From Nemertoderma westbladi (Eukaryota; Animalia; Xenacoelomorpha): a DNA stretch of 39,572 nt. Location: contig JAUCBJ010001962.1 in the NCBI GenBank assembly GCA_032718475.1, forward strand, positions 1-39,572, read 5' to 3'. The notes under the pieces are model-generated. The model had not been told where the DNA came from. It did not search any database and saw nothing but the letters and a program-made list of their open reading frames with translations. A program made the translations under genes and the position numbers. This document shows, piece after piece, positions 9,588 to 20,161 of this stretch (its first letter is position 1; the number at the start of each line of letters is the position of its first letter).

Positions 9588-12500
9588 TTAGTCTTTCTTA
9601 CGCGGACGGCGTTTACGCAGTTTTTTGAGGCTAGCAAGAGTCCTCTTCTCTTTGGGGCGAGCCACCTTACTAGGAGGGCTGTAACTCCTGGGTGAAGGGT
9701 GCAATACAATTGCATCAGAAGGTTTAGGATTACGATCGGTGTATCCTCCGGTCGAGGTACCTGGTTGATCGATATCAACTTCAGTGGAGCGAGGTCTAAC
9801 GGCCTTTAGGGCGCGTCTTAGGACAGCAGCTCCTACGGGTCCTTGACGGGTCGTCTGGACAATGGCGGTAGGCGGACCGTGAGTGGTGAGAAACTTCCTT
9901 GGTTTAATGGTTCTTTCCAGCTCGCGTTCTCGGGCTCGATATTCGTAGGGCCGTCGAGATACTTCCTGTAACTCAGGGTGCGAGTTGATAAATAAATCGC
10001 CATACTCAGGGTCTTGACGGATGTAATTGATCAAATGGTATGAAGTAATATCCTTAGGATTGACGTTCCTAAGATATTTTCGAACAAATTTGGTGGAAAT
10101 ACACTCACCAACACGCTTCATTAGTTCGTAACTCGGTGTGCGTGTTTTTTGTTCCACAGACGCGAATAAATAAGGATGGAACGCGTAAACTCCCTCGTAA
10201 GAGCGTCCAGGGTAGTAGTGATGGCGGGCCTCACAATGTAAATCCGCGTTCACTTCCCAAGCTCGGATGTAGCGCAGGGTAATCATCTCATCTACGCTTT
10301 CTAAATCGCAGTTAAAGGGGCAATTATAACTGGCATGTCCTTTAAGTTGACAGTGGTGACATTGGGTCATAAATTGGGGGCAGACTGCAAAAATATGCGA
10401 GTTATTAAGTCTGCAATACGCACAATAGATCTCCATCATCGGCTGTTCGTGGAAATAGGAGCAGGGTACATCTGAGTCCATAGGGGTGAAATGGTCTCTC
10501 AATGCGCATAATCGACAACGTTTTCGAGAAACATAGTTGGCGTGTCGATAATCGTATGCGGTGAGACATTGTGGACCTTGATACCACTCCAAGACGTAAT
10601 CGTTATCGCTGCTCCGGGGCGCTGTAGGCTGGATCGCTTCAGACTCTAAGCAGATTGGTTTGTCTTCCAATTGCATAGCTGAGGTAGGTGCGGCTGTCTC
10701 CGCAAGCGGACCCACTGTCTGAACTTCCACGACAGAATAACCCGTGGGTATTCGGGGTCTTTGTATAACAGATGAATGTAAGTTCTGTACACAAACGTCC
10801 TGAAAGAGAGCAAATCCCGCGCTGTTTAGCTTCTCCGCAGCTGAGTCTCTTAGGCTGAGTTTGGTCAGAGCGCGGTCCTTGAACTGACTATCAACGTTAC
10901 GGAACGGAGTCAGAAAGCGCCTGAAACATTCGAAGCGGATGAATTTATTGTGTTCATCTAACTTGGCGAGTTTGGTTCCAAGTATTAATGGATGGGCGCG
11001 TATGGTACGACTGCACACATCGGCTAGCCAACCGGCAAGTGCTGCGTTTTCAAAGATCGTGTATATAGCTAAGGAGGGACGAAGTGGAACACTCATAAAG
11101 CTATACACGGCGCCAGGTGCGGTCAATGGTCCATCAAAGTATAAACGAGAATAATGATCTCCATATACTTGTTGGTAATTTATAGGATTTCCAACCTTGA
11201 AATTCCATCCGTATTCTTGAAAGGCAAGATGTCCGATGGAGGTTCGTTGTACTTTAGTAATGCCGCTGGGTGTATTGGCATACATAGTGCGGAAGAAACC
11301 TCGGCCTTCTGCCCAGGGAGCAATCAGCTGAGTATCCACGAAAGGGTATGGAATGTTCTCCATATTCCGAAAGTCGTTTTGTAGATCTCCATAAACAGCT
11401 GAGCCGATTTTAAGGATTCTTTCGTTAAACAACATCTCGAGCACGGGCTGGGGTAACATCGATCCATCGATACCCATGGCCGGTTTGCGCTCGGTGTCGG
11501 CGATGTAACGCTGCGCGAGCTCGAATTGTCCATGTCGGAGTTTCTTTTGCGTCTCAGTAAGAATTTCAAAGGAATAATCAATCACATCAGAACACGCTCG
11601 AGTAAATATGTGGGTAGAACCAGCGAGTCCTCGTATGTGTGTCATCCGCGTAGTTCCCAGTTCTCTAACCGGAACGCTACCTTCGTTGTCGTAGGTGACA
11701 ACTCCATACATCTCGATAACGTTAAGAGTCTCATTCCACTCTTTAGTGGCGTTTTCAAGGGTCATTCCCACAGGATGCCACAAGGTAGCGCATTCGCTAG
11801 CATTAGGTAGGTCTCTATACTTTAAATATTGTGTGGTATATGTTTCCACATCTCCATATCGTTGTATTCTTTCCTCCTCGAATAACACGTCAAGATTCCA
11901 GTGTACTAAACGAGTTTTGATGAATCCATCAAGATTATACGGAGGTATTGTTTCTTTCTCTATTCTGGAAACATTGTATGGTTTTTGAAATGAGTTTATT
12001 TTAACTAACTGATCCAGATGTTTATGCAGTTGTTCGAGTTCGACAAGATTGAGAGGATTTATGAGTGGTAGAAACCTCAGACTATGTGTAGGATCTTCCG
12101 GTTTTATCATGTAATATTGTGTTAGGTTGACGTAATAAGGGTGATCTTTGATCCCATAAAACGAGTCCAGTAAAGGTCTAGCGCGTATGTTTACATCGTG
12201 TACCATGCGACGGACAAGATCCGCTCTATTTTCCGGAGGTTCAACGAGTATACCATCGACACGAGCGGCTTCGATGGGTGGACGTTGCAACATGGGAGCG
12301 TCAGCGATAAGATCTCTAGATCTTAGGTTGATATCAACCGGTTGGGGTTGTATCGTCGCAAAGAGTTTGTCTCCGAAATGGGGAACCATCGAGGGATGAA
12401 GGATGGTTTTAGAGTAGAGATCCGTCATAAGGATTTGAGCTTCGGGTTGAGCTAAAGCTGCTTCTTCTCTCTCATCTAGTTCTATATGTCTCTCCTCGAG

Positions 12501-13535
12501 CTGATTTTCCTCTGCTTGTTGTTGTAGACGCTCATCTAGGAACTCTTGTAAAGAGTAGGTTCGTCCACGTTCGATGTCCTCCTCGAGATTTTGTATTTCT
12601 CTATCGAACTGGGGTAAAGCTAATTCCTTCACCGCTTGGACTTGTTGTTGCAATTTACGTTTCTCCAAACAATCGTAAGTTCCTTTTCCGATTTTCTGCC
12701 GAATAGCGTCTAACGCGTTTCGTACGACGCTCTCTTCGACTTCCGTAACGGGTTGTATCGAGGTGAAGCCGGGACGGTTGTGTGGGTTAAACGGCGATAT
12801 TAGATGACCGCATCCCAATCCAGCTAGGTAGGGTTGGCGAATATCTAGCGAGCCTACTACCGGAGTACCACCAATCAACTGTTTGGGTAACACTAGATCT
12901 TTGAACAGTGAGTACAGTTCGGGAGGATCCGTGATACTATTAGGATCAAGAGTCTGAGGTCTAACTGAGGAATGAGGAGGTCTGACCGAGTATTCCGGAA
13001 CTCTGATTATTGGTTTGTTCAAGGATCGTTTGAGTCGAGCAACCGTAGGGGATACGTCGAACAGGTTTCGCTCGAAACTCCCATAAGTATATCGTGTAAA
13101 ACTGTGTTTAGCGCAACGTCTCCGCGGATGTTTATGTCTTTCCGTTTGCTGATTGGGTCTAGGGCACTCGTCGCAGTAATACCAAAGACGCACGTCCTGC
13201 AGGGGAAACGCGGGTGATCGTTCTCCAGTTTTACAATATTCCTCCATCTGTTCGAAGCTATCTGGGACGACAGGTAGCGGTCGATCGGCGGTGAGATACA
13301 TCATAGTGAAATAGAGTCGTTTGAGTTCTATCATAGGGTCATGATGTATACCTTGGGGATATCGAGTTTCGAGATTTTGTTGACTGGCAATATTGAGGTA
13401 TGTCTCTCTCAGGAATTCCAGATAATCATTGAAGTCGCTGCGTTTATCCGGCTCTTCAACGTCTTCCCTTTCGAGTTTGTTTCGAATAGAGTTCTCGTGT
13501 TCGCTATGAACGCACAAATTCAACACAACTGCCAT
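9588..13535 (-). CDS. Accessory ORF of element B, 1315 aa: DEDD(y)-type 3'-5' exonuclease plus three CCHC zinc knuckles
   Basis: Uninterrupted ORF. ExoI VVTYDNEG, ExoII region LPQPVLEMLFNERILKIGSAVYGD..FVDTQ, ExoIII-like PLRPSLAIYTIFE. Knuckles CRLC..H..C, CAYCRLNNSHIFAVC and CHHCQLKGHASYNC; basic C-terminus. Confidence 0.85.
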   Translation of the reverse strand: MAVVLNLCVHSEHENSIRNKLEREDVEEPDKRSDFNDYLEFLRETYLNIASQQNLETRYPQGIHHDPMIELKRLYFTMMYLTADRPLPVVPDSFEQMEEYCKTGERSPAFPLQDVRLWYYCDECPRPNQQTERHKHPRRRCAKHSFTRYTYGSFERNLFDVSPTVARLKRSLNKPIIRVPEYSVRPPHSSVRPQTLDPNSITDPPELYSLFKDLVLPKQLIGGTPVVGSLDIRQPYLAGLGCGHLISPFNPHNRPGFTSIQPVTEVEESVVRNALDAIRQKIGKGTYDCLEKRKLQQQVQAVKELALPQFDREIQNLEEDIERGRTYSLQEFLDERLQQQAEENQLEERHIELDEREEAALAQPEAQILMTDLYSKTILHPSMVPHFGDKLFATIQPQPVDINLRSRDLIADAPMLQRPPIEAARVDGILVEPPENRADLVRRMVHDVNIRARPLLDSFYGIKDHPYYVNLTQYYMIKPEDPTHSLRFLPLINPLNLVELEQLHKHLDQLVKINSFQKPYNVSRIEKETIPPYNLDGFIKTRLVHWNLDVLFEEERIQRYGDVETYTTQYLKYRDLPNASECATLWHPVGMTLENATKEWNETLNVIEMYGVVTYDNEGSVPVRELGTTRMTHIRGLAGSTHIFTRACSDVIDYSFEILTETQKKLRHGQFELAQRYIADTERKPAMGIDGSMLPQPVLEMLFNERILKIGSAVYGDLQNDFRNMENIPYPFVDTQLIAPWAEGRGFFRTMYANTPSGITKVQRTSIGHLAFQEYGWNFKVGNPINYQQVYGDHYSRLYFDGPLTAPGAVYSFMSVPLRPSLAIYTIFENAALAGWLADVCSRTIRAHPLILGTKLAKLDEHNKFIRFECFRRFLTPFRNVDSQFKDRALTKLSLRDSAAEKLNSAGFALFQDVCVQNLHSSVIQRPRIPTGYSVVEVQTVGPLAETAAPTSAMQLEDKPICLESEAIQPTAPRSSDNDYVLEWYQGPQCLTAYDYRHANYVSRKRCRLCALRDHFTPMDSDVPCSYFHEQPMMEIYCAYCRLNNSHIFAVCPQFMTQCHHCQLKGHASYNCPFNCDLESVDEMITLRYIRAWEVNADLHCEARHHYYPGRSYEGVYAFHPYLFASVEQKTRTPSYELMKRVGECISTKFVRKYLRNVNPKDITSYHLINYIRQDPEYGDLFINSHPELQEVSRRPYEYRARERELERTIKPRKFLTTHGPPTAIVQTTRQGPVGAAVLRRALKAVRPRSTEVDIDQPGTSTGGYTDRNPKPSDAIVLHPSPRSYSPPSKVARPKEKRTLASLKKLRKRRPRKKD

Positions 13536-14033
13536 AAACTGTACACATTCGGGCCATTTGTCCGTTAGTCAGTACCTTCCAGAATGTCACTTTATTTATT
13601 ATGTATCCTTGGATACTAGCAGTGCGCTATTTATTCCCTATGCTATTCAATGGGGTAAGCCTTCTATTGTTCTTTTAACTCACTTCTAATTCTAGCGTGG
13701 TTGTTGCCATGGTGACATTATGGAAAGCTAGCGGTAGAATTAGGGTAATTCTCATGCATACAGATCTGGGATGCTATTTAATAGTAATTCTTTAATTGTC
13801 AATATCCTCTCTATATATGATTTTATGAATTTTATCGGCTATTGACTATATATTGGAGATTCTCGCACACTAATACACTTAATAGAGTGAATCTCCGCTC
13901 CCATGATCTATTAATTAATGGAATTTTGGGAATGTTATAAATTGTATAAAATGACAATTTATTAAATTCATTGAAATATATGAATTTAAATTTATTCCCG
14001 TAAATTTTATTATTTAATGTTAAATAGACACAA

Positions 14034-14297
14034 TTTTATTCCAGAACGTGTCTGGGGACTGGGATCCTTGATTCTAGGAATTTGTCTTTTTAAGAGTATC
14101 GGTAAGTGCTACGATATCTTAATCGACTAGAATTTTAAAGGATCTAAAATTTGACAGATTTTGTAAATATTAATAATTAATATTTAGGATGGGCACCAGT
14201 TTATTCCAGAACTTGTCTGGGGACGTTAACCACTGATTCTAGAATTAGTCTTTCAAGTATATCGGTGGGTGCCGCGATATCTTAATCGACTAGAATT
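14034..14297. repeat. ~100-bp imperfect direct repeat in the pol-accessory ORF spacer of B
   Basis: tttattccagaac.tgtctggggac...gatatcttaatcgactagaatt at ~14035-14134 and ~14200-14297. Confidence 0.8.
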
Positions 14298-14845
14298 ACA
14301 GATGGTCAAAAGGTTTAACAGCTTTATTTTGCGTTATACGCTACTGTTAAAAGGACATCACGCTACTATATGTATTATTTAATATACGGTATGAGAGCAA
14401 TATCGCACGAAGCAATGTCAGTGAGAAGAGGCAAGTCGTTTCCAAGGTCTACCCAGAGCTTGGTTTAGCCGAGACACGAGGATCTGAACTTTGCATTCCT
14501 AATACTCTGCTTACCAATAATACTTGAATATAGTAGGAGCTTTATTGTACTTTAATAAGTACAGATATTTCATCTTACTGTAGTCACGTATTTATAATGT
14601 AATACGGACAGTAAGGAAAGAGAAAAAAAATTATTTCTCGCCGTCGCACTAAATATATAATATATAAGTAATTAAGTAATAAACGCGAATATATATTGCA
14701 CTAATCTACTAAATAATCGCTAAAATAACATTCTACTAAGTAAAATTAAAGAAAACGATTATAATAAAATACATAATAATATATACATAAATACAAAAGA
14801 ATAAAACAAATATAAAATCTAGTCATACACCCACTCCAGCCGTTG

Positions 14846-15195
14846 TTAAGTTGGGGAGTCCCTAGATGTTTGTTGGATTAGGGAGGTGGTCGTAGGAAGA
14901 GTATCTTGCCTCCCATAGTTTCCGGAGAGTTCTCTGTCTCTTTCCAGTAAACATAAGCGACCAACTGGGCGATTGAGCTGCTGTGTCTCGAAGACAATTC
15001 CCGGTTTCTTGAAGTTACGTCGCATGACGACGAGTTCTACCGATCGCACCAAACCATCATCCGAGATGTGAGTCTCGATGATACGACCTGTCTGCCACCG
15101 CTTACGTGGAAGATCTACATCCACAATAAGAACCATGTCTCCAGCGCTGACGTTTTCTTGCTGCGCAAACCACTTAGTTCGAAGTTGTAGCGTGA
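14846..15195 (-). pseudogene. pol: BEL/Pao pol C-terminal remnant (DUF5641-like integrase tail)
   Basis: TLQLRTKW..GDMVLIVD..PRKRWQTGRIIETHISDDGLVRSVEL..RPVGRLCLLE. Confidence 0.9.
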
Positions 15196-16889
15196 ACTCT
15201 GATATTCATGAGACTTACCTAACCAATCTAATTGTCTACAGATCTCTTGAATCTCATCGGAAAACTCTATTATCCCGCTGCTAATGAACTTTCGGGGCGC
15301 TACTAATTTCGCATACAAATATTTAGCTATATTATTCCTATTACCATACCTGATGTTTAGTGTATCCCAAACTTGTCTTAATCCGTCTGGATGTCCAATA
15401 AACTTTAACGCCATTAACTTGGGAGATCCTTCCAAGCACTCGATGAGGAATCTAAGTTTCTCTCCATTAGATAGTACAGAGTTCTGTATGTTATCTTTAT
15501 AATATTCATTAAAAGGTAACCATTTCATCTCATCTCCATTGAACTTGACTATCTCTCCCACCTTTACCGCTTGACGTGCTTCGGTTCTAGCCATTTGACG
15601 CGTAAAACTTTCTTGGGCCATCGTGTTATTCAATATCGAGTTATCGGTATATAAATTTCTCGGATTATGATCAGGTCTATAGGGAATATCATTATCAACA
15701 GGTCTATAATTACCCTTAATAGGGTTCACTATAGGAGTTTCTACTTCGCTAGCAGTATATATGCGTGTAGGCTCCACACATTGCGCATGAGATACTTCAG
15801 ACCTAACAGGTTGACACATTGTTACAGGGGGTGGTGGTATACCTCGTTGTGTATTTACTAATTTATATCGCTCTAAAGCGATACTTTGCTGCACTTCTTG
15901 CAACTCTAACCTACTTTCCCTTACTGTGCCCTTGAATTGCTGAACAGTCTCCTGCATCTGCCCGAGCAGGAGATCCATCCCCCGTCGTCTCTCATCCACC
16001 CACTCGACCGCCGAAGCGGGAGCCGCCAACGTTGTAGCGGGCCGACGAGGGACAACGGGCAACAAATCATTAATATTTCGCTCGGAGTCCAGGACATGAG
16101 CATTTTCAAGGGTGGTTCTGTGTGGCACAGATAGCTTAGTGCTGTGCAGAGGGAATTTAGAGGTAGGTTCAGGGAGTACAGGTGTCTCTATCACCGAAGG
16201 AGTGGCTTCGGGAACAGGCCTAATTATTTCAGGCTCATCTACTATAGTAGGGAGTCTTTCTATTTCAATTATTTGGTCTGTGGGTTCTGTACTACCTAAG
16301 TTTGTGTTATTTAGTTGCTTTCTAACAGCTGGGGGCAAATCCGGCAATTTCTGGCGGTGGGATATTCTTCTACGTCTGCTTAGGCGAGATCGATTTCCTC
16401 CGCCTTCAGGATCGGTGGTATCGCCTTCCTCAGATATGTATTATATCCCTGTCTTTTGGGAGTTGATCGACTCATCATCTGCATATTACTAGCTGTTAAC
16501 TGTTTATTAAAGTTGTCTTGCTTCTCTTGGAGATTTTCCAACTCTAGTTGGGCGATCTCTTCAGCCGCTCTCCGTTCTGCTTCTGCCACCGCTATCTTTC
16601 TTTCCGCTTCTGCCGCTGCTGCCGCTTTTGCCTCCGCTGCTGCCGCTTTTGCCTCTGCCGCTGCTTCTGCCGCTGCCGCTTTTGCCTCTGCCGCTGCTTC
16701 TGCCGCCTTTCTTTCTGCTTCTGCTTCTGCTGCTGCCGCTGCTGCTATCTTTCTGTCTTCTATACGTTTTTTCTTTACTTGTTCTTCTAAGTTGAGTTGT
16801 TCATCAAATTTAGCTTGGTTCGCAGCTCTCATATCCACATCAATGGCGTCCAACACGCTGGGTTCCTTCACTATTAGGGCTAAGTCCAT
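15196..16889 (-). pseudogene. gag: gag of element B (Ala/Glu coiled coil, DUF1759-like capsid), frameshifted and C-terminally deleted
   Basis: IVKFNGDEMKWLPF..LSNGEKLRFLIECLEGSPK..WDTLNIRYGN; frame change near 16445; zinc knuckles absent. Confidence 0.85.
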
Positions 16890-17910
16890 CTAGCCTTCTC
16901 CTCAACTCTTCATCACCTAAAAAACGTTGATAGTCTGACAGATAGATGTCAATGGCATCCCTCTTATGCGGTTTCTCTGCCGTCGCTTCACTTTCCACTT
17001 GTGAAAAAGTAGCATCTGTTGATTCTCCATGGGTTGAGCGCTCATCTAGCTGAGCTTTCCACTGAGCTGTTCCTTGAACCTGGAGACTCACCCGTTGAAA
17101 CCAAGTCTTTACGGCAACTTGCAACGACGTGTCTTGTCTTCTTTTAGAAGCCTCCTCAAAGGCCGATAAGATTAGCCTGATTCGTAGAATTCTTTCTCTA
17201 ACTTGATAAAGCAGCTGTCCCTGCTCTTGAGGTCCTTGGGGTTGTTGAAACAGTTGTTCTTTTAATCGCTCCATGGAGCTGAAGAATCCCTGTGCGTATC
17301 CTACTGCGGACCTCTTCCACACAGCTGGATCGATGGTTTCTTTGGTTACTCCCATCCTGTGTATGTCTTCCCACGCAGCTTCTGATAAATCAAACGGGAG
17401 TCCGGGTCCGGGGAAGTTCCATTGCGACTCGACAATAGACTTCAGTTCTTCCCTTGTGTATCCCGCATAACTATCTTTAGTCGATCGCTTATTTCTCGCC
17501 CAATTGATCTGGTGTTCTTCCACTGCAATCAATAACCTAGTGAGTACGGCTGCAGGAAGGATAAGAAGGGGATCCGAATAAACCGCATCCGTCCTCTTTG
17601 CTCCACGCTCGGGTGTCAGCTCTATAGTATCCTCACTACTGGAGCTGTCGGGCCGTTGAGAAATAAGTTCTTGGCTCGCGGGTTGTTGCTGTTCCGCTGC
17701 TTCTTGGTCCCGCTTGACCTGAGCTCGAGTGCCTATGATAGACCTACGATGTTGGACTAGCCTAGGGTCTGATATTACTATGGGAGGGATGATCTTTCTT
17801 ACAGTAGGAGGTGAGTTGAACTTCGGTCCTACTCGTTCCACACTCCTGTCTGGGTCACATATGGTTGTATCTAGAAGACTGTCTGACAGGTTTTGCTTTG
17901 TGTCAGACAT
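16840..17910 (-). CDS. 356-aa upstream ORF or Gag N-terminal extension of element B, function unknown
   Basis: Open frame from ATG 17910, first ORF after the leader, overlapping the next ORF by 50 nt; no motif recognised. Confidence 0.55.
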   Translation of the reverse strand: MSDTKQNLSDSLLDTTICDPDRSVERVGPKFNSPPTVRKIIPPIVISDPRLVQHRRSIIGTRAQVKRDQEAAEQQQPASQELISQRPDSSSSEDTIELTPERGAKRTDAVYSDPLLILPAAVLTRLLIAVEEHQINWARNKRSTKDSYAGYTREELKSIVESQWNFPGPGLPFDLSEAAWEDIHRMGVTKETIDPAVWKRSAVGYAQGFFSSMERLKEQLFQQPQGPQEQGQLLYQVRERILRIRLILSAFEEASKRRQDTSLQVAVKTWFQRVSLQVQGTAQWKAQLDERSTHGESTDATFSQVESEATAEKPHKRDAIDIYLSDYQRFLGDEELRRRLDGLSPNSEGTQRVGRH

Positions 17911-19243
17911 GTTGGTTTGTACAGTTGAATGCCTACTGCTATATTACAGTTTAAGCAAGCCTAGTAATTCAGTATCACTGTTAGCCTAGTAATTAATTAC
18001 CGATACTGCTACTCAGTGTAGCATGATATATATATAATATATTAGAATACCGGTATGCTTATAGTATATATATATAAGTATTGTCACAGACTAGATTTGT
18101 CACAGAATACCGGTATGTAATTCCAGCACAAGTATATATAAATATATAATAGGCCTATCGTGAATACCGGTATAGATCTTACCACTTATAGTATATATAA
18201 GTATAATTATTAACTAGAATTAATTACAGAATACCGGTATAATTTCAGCCTAAATTTATAGAAATAAATATAATAAGCCTATGGTAAATACCGGTATGTC
18301 AATTATTTTAAATAATTGAATTTCTGAATTAGGGGTTACTTGGTTACTTTAATTTACTTTATTACCGTTATTTGAGCAGTAGTCCAACTGATATTGAGAC
18401 CTAGTTGTTGTATGGCAGGCCTACTATTTATAAATCGGTTTGAGTTGATTTATAATATATATACCCGTTATAATGGGTTTTTGTCAATATTTGAAATAAA
18501 TGTTATTATTTCTGGGGGGAGTCACTACACAGAAGCTGTGCGCTCTCAGTGAAGTGTTACTTGTTGGACACTAAAACAAATAATTCTAATTTACCTAAGT
18601 TACTTAATACTACAAATTACGTACAATTCGGGTGAAATTACAATCTCTAAATAAACACAAAAATTACAAGTACGAATTTTTAGGGTAATTTTACAAGAAG
18701 TCTACTAACCAGCCTAACAAAGGGTTAGAATATCTGGTTATTACAACGGACAGGTTACTACGGTATTTGAAAATAATAAGTAGTAGTAAATATACTGCGT
18801 TGTCCAGATAGAAAAATACCACCGTCTGACGACTTATAGCCGTATCGCTATAAGTACTACGTTATGTATCACGGAGTGTTCCTACCTAGAAGTTAATTAC
18901 CGCGGTCTACCAGAACCAACGTGCCTATTAACCACTTTACAACACAAATATACTGCCTACACACTAATCACCTTCGGAAAGCACTGTACACTAAACCCTA
19001 AATTAGGTACAAGTACTTATACAACAAATAACTAGCAGTTAGAAATACTTGAACAGCTAAAAGAACCACGGTATCTGCCGGAGTGACCAAAGCATAAAAT
19101 CTCCAGTCTTTACCTACGCCAAGCAGCCCTGATGTAGTACCGGGGTTAGTTTAACTGTAACGGTATATATAACAAGCACAATTACTGTAGGAATAAACTT
19201 GGGGAATGAATGTTGCAAATAATCGCATAAACTCTGAATAATA

Positions 19244-19810
19244 AATATTACGCTGCGCGTACAGACTACTCAAACAAAATGCAGACCAAATGATGACAGA
19301 CTACTATCAAGCACAAACAAACTACGGTATATGCAGACTCCGAAATGGTTAGTTAGTATGCGTTCTAACCGAGTAGTATGACTTATTCTTTCGAGGGGGT
19401 TTACCTCACAGCTCTGGAAGCCCCTACGTTCCCAACTGGCACTTTATCGGACATACACTCTACACACACCGAAATCTCTCAAGACCCAACAACAGCCAGA
19501 CAAAATCCAGCCTACAAATTATCTAAGTAAGAAATATTACGCTACCCGTACAGACTACACAAACAAGGTACAGACCAAACGCTGGCAGACTACTATCAAG
19601 CCTAAATACACTACAGTATATGCAGACTCCGAAATGGTTAATTAGTATGCGTTCTAACCGAGTAGTACGACTTATTCTTTCGAGGGGGTTCACCTCACAG
19701 CACTGGCAGCCCCTACTTTCCTAACTAGTACTTTTTCGGACATATGCTCTACACACACTACAGTCTCTTCAGACCTAACAACAGTCAGACAACAGTCCAG
19801 GCTACAAATT
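19244..19810. repeat. ~289-bp tandem duplication in the long 5' leader of B
   Basis: aatattacgct..gtacagactac..gcagactccgaaatggtta..ttattctttcgagggggtt.. occurs twice (from ~19244 and ~19533). Confidence 0.85.
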
Positions 19811-20149
19811 GTCTGTACAATCTGAGCAGGCTTACACGCCTTCTGCTCAATGCTGGCCTACAAATAAATAAAACTGACAGAAATAAGTAAGCTCCAAAAG
19901 AAACAAGGGGTGTACAGTCCCTAATCTCTTAAACAGCCTACCGGTATACAATTTCACAATCGAATAATACTGCTGTACCTGTACTGCTGTAGGTACCGGT
20001 CCGGGTGGTTAGGTAGTCAGGCCTACTAGGTACCGGTTAACCGGTACTTCAGCTTTATTGCCTACTGCAATACAGAAGCGTATATCCGTTATTGTTCTTA
20101 CCAGAACAATATTAAACTGTATTTATTGCCTACACCGCAATCCGAACTT

Positions 20150-20161
20150 TATATCCGTTAT
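20150..20161 (-). promoter_or_regulatory. PBS position of B (ATAACGGATATA), non-tRNA, complementary to its own LTR
   Basis: Abuts the 5' LTR end; reverse complement of LTR segment 20912-20923; no TGG start. Confidence 0.75.

Noticed and set aside
9588-13535. Envelope gene in the env position
   Set aside because: No signal peptide or hydrophobic transmembrane segment is visible; nuclease and zinc-knuckle motifs are present instead.
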